From Thainema sp. (GTDB lineage Bacteria; Cyanobacteriota; Cyanobacteriia; Phormidesmidales; Phormidesmidaceae): a stretch of DNA of 14,712 nt. Position numbers and translations under genes: made by a program. The notes beneath the pieces were generated by a model that was not told the origin of the DNA, did no database searches, and saw only the letters and a program-made list of their open reading frames with translations. Shown in pieces: positions 8,931 to 14,712 of the stretch. The stretch's first letter is position 1; each line of letters opens with the position of its first letter. The stretch covers positions 1 to 14,712 of the forward strand of contig JBQLZK010000109.1 in assembly GCA_052168235.1 (NCBI GenBank), written 5' to 3'.

Positions 8931-9641
8931 TTGACAGTCACAGGTGGCGACAACGGGAAACGACGCGGCAAGCTAATTGTGTTTGAAGGCGGCGAGGGGG
9001 CGGGCAAAACCACTCAGCTAGCCCACACCCAAGCATGGTTACGCACCAGTGGAGTATTGGATAAACTGCGAACCGCTGGCGACATCACCGATATTCTCGT
9101 CACCCGCGAACCGGGCGGCACGGCGGTTGGTCAGCAAATCCGTCAGCTGCTGCTCCAATCGGAACTGGGTAGCTTGACTGACCGGACTGAACTGCTGCTC
9201 TACGCCGCCGATCGGGCGCAGCACGTCGAGGAGGAGTTACGGCCAGCACTCGAACAAGGACGACTGATCTTGTGCGATCGCTATACTGGATCAACGATTA
9301 CGTATCAGGGCTATGGTCGAGGGTTTGACTTGGATTTGATTGATCAGCTTAATCAAATTGCCACGGCGGGACTGGCGAGCGATCTGACCCTTTGGCTCGA
9401 CATTGACGTTGGACTGGGGCTAGCCCGCACTCGTCAGCGAGGTGCGGCAGACCGGATGGAGCAGAGTGATTCTGCATTTCACCAGCGGGTACGAAACGGA
9501 TTTCAAGCTCTCGCCCAGGCTCAACCCGACCACATTTGCCGTATTGACGCGAGTCAGGCCGAAGATGATGTGGCACAAGCGATTCAAACTGTCCTGATGC
9601 AGCACCTATGCCAATGGTATCCCCCCCTTTTGAAGCCATAG
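8931..9641 (+). CDS. tmk: thymidylate (dTMP) kinase
   Basis: P-loop FEGGEGAGKTTQ, TREPGGT, ELLLYAADRAQH and LCDRY. TTG start with GAGGA at 8920-8924. Conserved tmk-holB adjacency. Confidence 0.95.
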   Translation: MTVTGGDNGKRRGKLIVFEGGEGAGKTTQLAHTQAWLRTSGVLDKLRTAGDITDILVTREPGGTAVGQQIRQLLLQSELGSLTDRTELLLYAADRAQHVEEELRPALEQGRLILCDRYTGSTITYQGYGRGFDLDLIDQLNQIATAGLASDLTLWLDIDVGLGLARTRQRGAADRMEQSDSAFHQRVRNGFQALAQAQPDHICRIDASQAEDDVAQAIQTVLMQHLCQWYPPLLKP

Positions 9642-10615
9642 TGGGTCAGCCGCAGGCGGTTGAACTCCTGACCCAGGCCGTGCAGCAGCGGCGGATTGCA
9701 CCGGCTTACTTATTCGCCGGATCGGCAGGCATTGGCCGGAGCCGTACCGCTCTAGCTTTTTTGCGGCTGCTGTTAGCAAAATCAGGTACAGCAGATCCGT
9801 TTGCAACCTGCACCGATCCAATCTTGCAAAAGCGAATCCGCGATCGCAATCATCCCGATTTACTGTGGGTGGAACCAACTTATCTGCATCAGGGACGCCG
9901 CGTGTCCGTCTCCGAAGCGGCAGAACTGGGCGTCAAGCGCAAAGCCCCACCCCAAATTCGGCTAGAGCAAATTCGAGAGATCAGCCAGTTTCTCAGCCGT
10001 CCGCCTCTAGAAGCGGCTCGGGCTGTGGTGGTGATTGAACAGGCTGAAACCATGCGGGAAGCCGCTGCCAATGCTCTGCTCAAGACGCTGGAAGAACCGG
10101 GCCAAGCAACGCTAATTCTGCTCGCGCCCGATACCGATGCGCTCTTGCCCACGCTGGTTTCCCGCTGTCAGAAAATTCCGTTTTATCGGCTCAGCCAAGC
10201 GGAAATGGCGACCGTTCTTCAGCAAGCGGAGCATGCTGAAATTCTCAATTATCCCAATATTCTGGCGATTGCCCAGGGTAGCCCTGGAGCTGCGATCGCA
10301 AGTTGGCAGTATTTAGAAGCGGTTCCGGCTGAGCTGCTGCAAGCTCTCCAAACCCCACCTCAAACGCTCAAACAGGCGCTTACCCTAGCTCGTCAGGTGG
10401 ATCAAACACTGGATGCCGAAGCCCAACTCTGGCTCATTGAATATCTCCAGCACCACTACTGGCGATCGCCTGCCCCCGATCGCGTCTATCAGCCTAGAGC
10501 TATCGTGCCCTGCTTGGATGCGTTAGAGAAAGCTCGTCGGTACCTATTGCAGTACGTCCAGCCTCGGCTAGTTTGGGAAGTGACACTTATACAGATCCAG
10601 CAGTCCATGACATAG
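9608..10615 (+). CDS. holB: DNA polymerase III subunit delta' (start may be ATG 9614)
   Basis: IVGQPQA, PAYLFAGSAGIGR, NHPDLLWVEP, AAANALLKTLEEP, LLPTLVSRCQ and C-terminal YVQPRLVWEV typical of cyanobacterial HolB. Overlaps the end of tmk. Confidence 0.92.
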   Translation: MPMVSPPFEAIVGQPQAVELLTQAVQQRRIAPAYLFAGSAGIGRSRTALAFLRLLLAKSGTADPFATCTDPILQKRIRDRNHPDLLWVEPTYLHQGRRVSVSEAAELGVKRKAPPQIRLEQIREISQFLSRPPLEAARAVVVIEQAETMREAAANALLKTLEEPGQATLILLAPDTDALLPTLVSRCQKIPFYRLSQAEMATVLQQAEHAEILNYPNILAIAQGSPGAAIASWQYLEAVPAELLQALQTPPQTLKQALTLARQVDQTLDAEAQLWLIEYLQHHYWRSPAPDRVYQPRAIVPCLDALEKARRYLLQYVQPRLVWEVTLIQIQQSMT

Positions 10616-10666
10616 CGTTAGGCTTAAGGAGGAGTGTGGAAGACTCAAGCTAGTATTTTGAGTAGG

Positions 10667-10775
10667 CTCATATATTGCACCTCATGTTGCACCTTAAACC
10701 AAAGCCTGAAGCGATAGTTTAGCTGCGTTATGCGTCAGCCAAATTAGCTTTCTGGGTTTTGGTGCAAGATGCAAG
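10667..10775. mobile_element. Family A MITE-like element, copy 3 (diverged, partly duplicated left end)
   Basis: CTCATATATTGCACC (13/15 to TIR) followed by CATGTTGCACC. Right end TTCTGGGTTTTGGTGCAAGATG (10750-10771) is identical over 22 nt to 7553-7574. Internal imperfect hairpin TAGTTTAGCTG/CAGCCAAATTA. Confidence 0.7.
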
Positions 10776-10834
10776 TAGACTCAGGTCTTGGGTGTACACA
10801 GGATATCCCTTTTCATTTTTGGTTTCTTCTATCT

Positions 10835-13800
10835 GTGCATCAGCGACCAGCGCCATCCAAGTTTGCTTCTATCGGTCAGAAACTGCCTTTACGAGCAGTT
10901 TTGATCATTCCCTTTGTAATGCAACTGGTCGGTACAGTGGGGCTAGTTGGTTATCTGTCGTTTCGGGCGGGGCAAAAAGCAGTTGATGAGCTAGTGAAGG
11001 AGCTACAGCGCGAGGTTGCCACCCATATTCAACAAGAAATCAAAGCCTACACAACGATTCCCCATGCGGTTAATCAAATCAATGCGACCACTCTGCTGCG
11101 CGGCGAGATTGATCTGGTGGCGGTCAAGGGTGAACAGTTCTTTGGCCAGCAGATTCGGTCGTTTCCCACGCTCAACTATACCTATTGCAGTACTGAAGCG
11201 GATGGTGCGTTTTTAGGAGCTGGGCGATCGCAGCCCACGGCAGCAGCAGATTCGTTCGAAACGTCCTTTAGCAATGCCGCAACTGGATATCGCTTCCAAT
11301 ACTACTCAGTGGATCGGTACGGCTATCGCGATCAGCTACAGGGAACTCATGCTGAATCTTACGATCCACGAGTTCGACCCTGGTACGAAGCAGCCAAAAC
11401 AAAGCAAGCCGCCGCTTGGAGTCCTATTTATCTGGATTGGGAACTAGATCTGCCCACGATTACGGCCAGTCTGCCTGTCTATGATGCAGCGGGACAGTTC
11501 ATCGGCGTGTGTGGAACCGATATTATCTTGACGCGTGAGCTGAATCAGTTTTTGCGATCGCTCAAGGTTGGCCAAACGGGCGCAACCTTTATCATTGAGC
11601 GCAACGGTCAGTTTGTGGCTAGCTCCACTACGGACAGCCTGCTGATTACCGACGGCCAACCTGCCGAGCGTCAAGTTGCACCCGATAGCCGCCATCCCCT
11701 CATCCGGTCGAGCAGCCAGTTTTTGAACGAGCAGTTTGGGGACTTTAGCCAAATTACCAGTTTCCAGCAGTTGAGCTATCAAACGAATGGACAGCGCTAT
11801 TTTGTCTCCGTTATGCCCTACCAGGACGCAGCGGGGCTGGACTGGCTGATTATCGTTACGCTGCCGGAACAGGACTTTATTGAGCAAATTCAAAGCAATA
11901 CCAACCGAACGATCGCTCTGTGCGGCGCGGCTCTAATTCTTTCAATTCTCTTAGGGTTACTGATTGTCCGCTGGGTGCTTCGCCCCTTGGTTACCCTGCG
12001 CGACGCCGCCCAGAATATTGCTGAGGGGGGCGACTGGGATCAAACCGTCACGACCCATCATGCGGGCGAAATTGGTGAACTGACCACGGCATTTAATGCA
12101 ATGACGCAGCGGCTGCGCCATTCCCTCTTGGCGCTAAAGCGTTTAAACCAAACCGTTACTAGCAATGAGCAGCGGCTCAACCAGTTCCTTGAAGCCATTC
12201 CGATTGGGATTATGATTCACAGTTGCGATGGCGAACTGGTCTATATGAATCAGCAAGCGCGTCATCTTTTAGATATCGATGAAATGCCCAAGGCAAAAAT
12301 AACCGACTGCGCCCGCGCATTGAAACTGTATAAAGCGGAGACTCAGCAGTTCTATCCGGTAGATGAACTACCAGTGGCCCAAGCGCTAGCTGGGAAACAG
12401 GTCTATATCGATGATATCCAGGTGCATCACTCGTCTGGAACGATTGTGCCGCTTGAGGTCACGGCTACTCCAGTACGGGATGACAATCATCAGATTGCTT
12501 ATGCGATCGCAGCCTTCCAAAATATTGCCCAGCGCCGTCAAACCGAACAGGTGCTTGCCAATTACAACCAGCAGCTTGAGCAAAAAATTGCTGAGCGCAC
12601 CCGTGCATTACAGGAAAGCGAAGCGACCAAAGCCGCTATTCTAGAGGCGATCCCCGACTTGCTGATTCGCCAAGATCGACAGGGCTATCAGCTCGACGTT
12701 GTGGAAGGAGATGATATCCAAACCGTCGGCACCCTGGATGAACTAATCAATCATCCGGTTACGGATTCGCTACCGCCTCACTTAGTCGAAAAACGATTGC
12801 ACTACACCCGGCTGGCCCTCGACACAGGTCAGCGCCAAATCTATGAATATGAAATTGAAATTCAGGGTGAATTGCGGCATGAAGAAGCCCGCATCGTGCC
12901 CTGCGGCCCAGACGAAGTCCTGATTATTATTCGTGACATTACCAGTCGGAAGCAGATTGAAGCGGCTCTGCAGCGGAGTGAAGCCCAGAATCGAGCCATT
13001 CTGACAGCCATTCCAGATCTGATGTTCCAGGCAAATACGGCTGGAGTCTACACCAACTACGTGCGAACCGATGCGCTGGCTGACTTGATTTCGGCTTCAG
13101 ACCTGCCGATTGGCCAAAAGATGCAGGATTATCTATCCCCTGAAATGGCCGAGCATCAGATGCAGGCTCTAAAACAAGCGATCGCAACCCAACAACCCGT
13201 CATTTATGAGCAGCAGGTGGTGGTTGATGGGGCGGTTCAATTCGAAGAAGTGCGCGTCGTGGCCAGCGGAACAGATGAAGCGCTGTTTATTATTCGAGAC
13301 GTTACCGATCGCAAGCGGGCAGAACTAGAACTGGAAGCGCAGCAGCAGTTTATTCGTCAGGTTTTAGACATGATTCCCAGCTCGGTATTCGTCAAGGACG
13401 CAGAGGGTCGCTTGATCATGGCGAATCAGGCTTGCAGCAAGATTCATGGTCTGCCGACTGAAGCCATGTTGGGGAAACGGGAAGACGAGTTCAATCCCAA
13501 CCTGAGTAAGGCAGAAATTGATCAGTGGGTTGAATACAATCGCCAAGTGATGAAAACTGGGCAACCGCATCAACATCTCAACCAAATCTCGGCCAGCCAA
13601 AATGAAGCCGTTCGCTATTATCAAACCATTATCAGTCCCCTAACCGACATCAACGGTCAGGCGCAGGGTGTTGTCGGCAACTCGGTTGATATTACCGATT
13701 TGAAGCAGCTCGAGGAAGAACTGCGGCAAATCAACTTGGAACTGGAGCGCCTAGCCACTCTGGATGGTCTGACCCATGTGCCGAATCGCCGTCGCTTTGA

Positions 13801-14266
13801 CGATTATCTGGCTGCCGAGTGGCTGCGATCGCAACGGGAGCAGCATCCCCTGTCGCTGATCATGTTTGATGTCGATTATTTCAAGCTGTTCAATGATTTC
13901 TATGGCCACCAGAAGGGAGATGACTGCCTGATTGGCGTGGCCCAGACAGCGCAGTTGGGCATCCGACGCCCAGCGGATTTGCTGGCTCGCTATGGTGGCG
14001 AAGAGTTTGCAGTCGTGCTGCCGAACACGGACATAAATGGTGCGATCGCAGTTGCACAACAAATCCAGCAGCGGGTTCGCGATCTTCAGTTTGCCCACGA
14101 AAAATCCCTGATCAGTGACCGAGTCACCATCAGCCTAGGCGTTGCCTGTTTAATTCCCCAACGACATCAATCACCCAAAACCCTGATTGAACTAGCCGAT
14201 CAGGCTCTCTACCAAGCCAAAGATCAAGGTCGCGATCGCTACTGTGTCAGTCCCTCCAGCCAATAG
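10835..14266 (+). CDS. membrane-bound sensor diguanylate cyclase (TM-dCache-TM-HAMP-4xPAS-GGDEF)
   Basis: TM1 LIIPFVMQLVGTVGLVGYL. Cache motif YDPRVRPWY…WSPIY. TM2 plus HAMP (EIGELTTAFNAM). Four PAS/PAC units. DGLT…NRR, DVDYFKLFND.YGH..GD, I-site RPAD and A-site RYGGEEF. Start uncertain: in-frame GTG 10835 preferred, since ATG 10769 lies inside a MITE TIR. Confidence 0.88.
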   Translation: MHQRPAPSKFASIGQKLPLRAVLIIPFVMQLVGTVGLVGYLSFRAGQKAVDELVKELQREVATHIQQEIKAYTTIPHAVNQINATTLLRGEIDLVAVKGEQFFGQQIRSFPTLNYTYCSTEADGAFLGAGRSQPTAAADSFETSFSNAATGYRFQYYSVDRYGYRDQLQGTHAESYDPRVRPWYEAAKTKQAAAWSPIYLDWELDLPTITASLPVYDAAGQFIGVCGTDIILTRELNQFLRSLKVGQTGATFIIERNGQFVASSTTDSLLITDGQPAERQVAPDSRHPLIRSSSQFLNEQFGDFSQITSFQQLSYQTNGQRYFVSVMPYQDAAGLDWLIIVTLPEQDFIEQIQSNTNRTIALCGAALILSILLGLLIVRWVLRPLVTLRDAAQNIAEGGDWDQTVTTHHAGEIGELTTAFNAMTQRLRHSLLALKRLNQTVTSNEQRLNQFLEAIPIGIMIHSCDGELVYMNQQARHLLDIDEMPKAKITDCARALKLYKAETQQFYPVDELPVAQALAGKQVYIDDIQVHHSSGTIVPLEVTATPVRDDNHQIAYAIAAFQNIAQRRQTEQVLANYNQQLEQKIAERTRALQESEATKAAILEAIPDLLIRQDRQGYQLDVVEGDDIQTVGTLDELINHPVTDSLPPHLVEKRLHYTRLALDTGQRQIYEYEIEIQGELRHEEARIVPCGPDEVLIIIRDITSRKQIEAALQRSEAQNRAILTAIPDLMFQANTAGVYTNYVRTDALADLISASDLPIGQKMQDYLSPEMAEHQMQALKQAIATQQPVIYEQQVVVDGAVQFEEVRVVASGTDEALFIIRDVTDRKRAELELEAQQQFIRQVLDMIPSSVFVKDAEGRLIMANQACSKIHGLPTEAMLGKREDEFNPNLSKAEIDQWVEYNRQVMKTGQPHQHLNQISASQNEAVRYYQTIISPLTDINGQAQGVVGNSVDITDLKQLEEELRQINLELERLATLDGLTHVPNRRRFDDYLAAEWLRSQREQHPLSLIMFDVDYFKLFNDFYGHQKGDDCLIGVAQTAQLGIRRPADLLARYGGEEFAVVLPNTDINGAIAVAQQIQQRVRDLQFAHEKSLISDRVTISLGVACLIPQRHQSPKTLIELADQALYQAKDQGRDRYCVSPSSQ

Positions 14267-14320
14267 TGCGCTCAAAGTATGGCAGTAGTCACATTGGTTA
14301 GCAGATTGGAAAACTCTGAA

Positions 14321-14352
14321 AACGTTCAACCGTTCAACCGTTTAAACGTTGA
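14321..14352. repeat. 4 x 8-bp short tandem repeat
   Basis: AACGTTCA ACCGTTCA ACCGTTTA AACGTTGA. Confidence 0.65.
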
Positions 14353-14513
14353 ATTTTGTAAATATCTCAACAAACCTAGCGACGGCTATAAATTCACTCT
14401 AGCTAAATCGCCTAACTCTTTCTAGAGAATGAGCCTATCCTTTTCCACAGAATGAGTACATTCTTGTTTTTTTTAATACGATTGAGCTTAGCAAGCAGAT
14501 ACAGAGAAGGCGC

Positions 14514-14712
14514 ATGGTGACGGCACATCAACCAAAAGCTCAATCGATTAGGCTAGTTCCCGAAGAAACACAAAAGCTTGCCAATTGGGTAGATGAAGTC
14601 AAACAAAAAGATATCACTGTTTTTGAACAAGCAAGAACTATTTCTAGACGATTAGGTCTAGTTCCAACTTATTTTGTGTCAGATTTCCTGAGCAACGGTC
14701 TTCTGCCATTCA
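14514..14712 (+). CDS. gghA: 5' part of a probable glucosylglycerol hydrolase (Slr1670/GghA-like), possibly interrupted after codon 48; runs off the window
   Basis: Not in the supplied ORF track. GAGAAGG upstream of ATG 14514. Translation MVTAHQPKAQSIRLVPEETQKLANWVDEVKQKDITVFEQARTISRRLG resembles my recollection of the GghA N-terminus (I.LV.EET.KL..W…F..AR..R.LG). Confidence 0.5.
   Translation, partial: MVTAHQPKAQSIRLVPEETQKLANWVDEVKQKDITVFEQARTISRRLGLVPTYFVSDFLSNGLLPF

Noticed and set aside
10643..10663. ACTCAA…TTGAGT hairpin after holB as a terminator
   Set aside because: Short AT-rich stem with no U-tract; insufficient support.

Overview
Cyanobacterial chromosomal DNA: I counted about 23 copies of the HIP1 octamer GCGATCGC in 14.7 kb. 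Gene order: a VOC/glyoxalase gene (-); an Sll0418-type MPBQ/MSBQ methyltransferase (-); a complete fructose PTS operon fruB(EIIA-HPr-EI fusion)-fruK-fruA(IIB'BC) (-); an orphan xanthine/CO-dehydrogenase-type FAD subunit (+); tmk-holB (+); a large dCache-HAMP-4xPAS-GGDEF diguanylate cyclase (+); and the 5' end of a probable glucosylglycerol hydrolase that appears to be interrupted near the window edge. The main result is a proteobacterial-style fructose PTS, unexpected in a cyanobacterium, that carries HIP1 at host-like density and is bracketed by inverted copies of a ~100-bp MITE-like element. The intergenic regions hold two families of ~100-bp elements with terminal inverted repeats, three copies each. 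Family A has CTCACATCTTGCACC ends; family B has a GTAG-REP palindrome nested inside TIRs. Both show compensatory base changes in their hairpins. Candidate regulatory sites include a palindromic operator over a TATAAT box and an HLR1-like site. Protein identities come from motif recognition and recall, not database searches.
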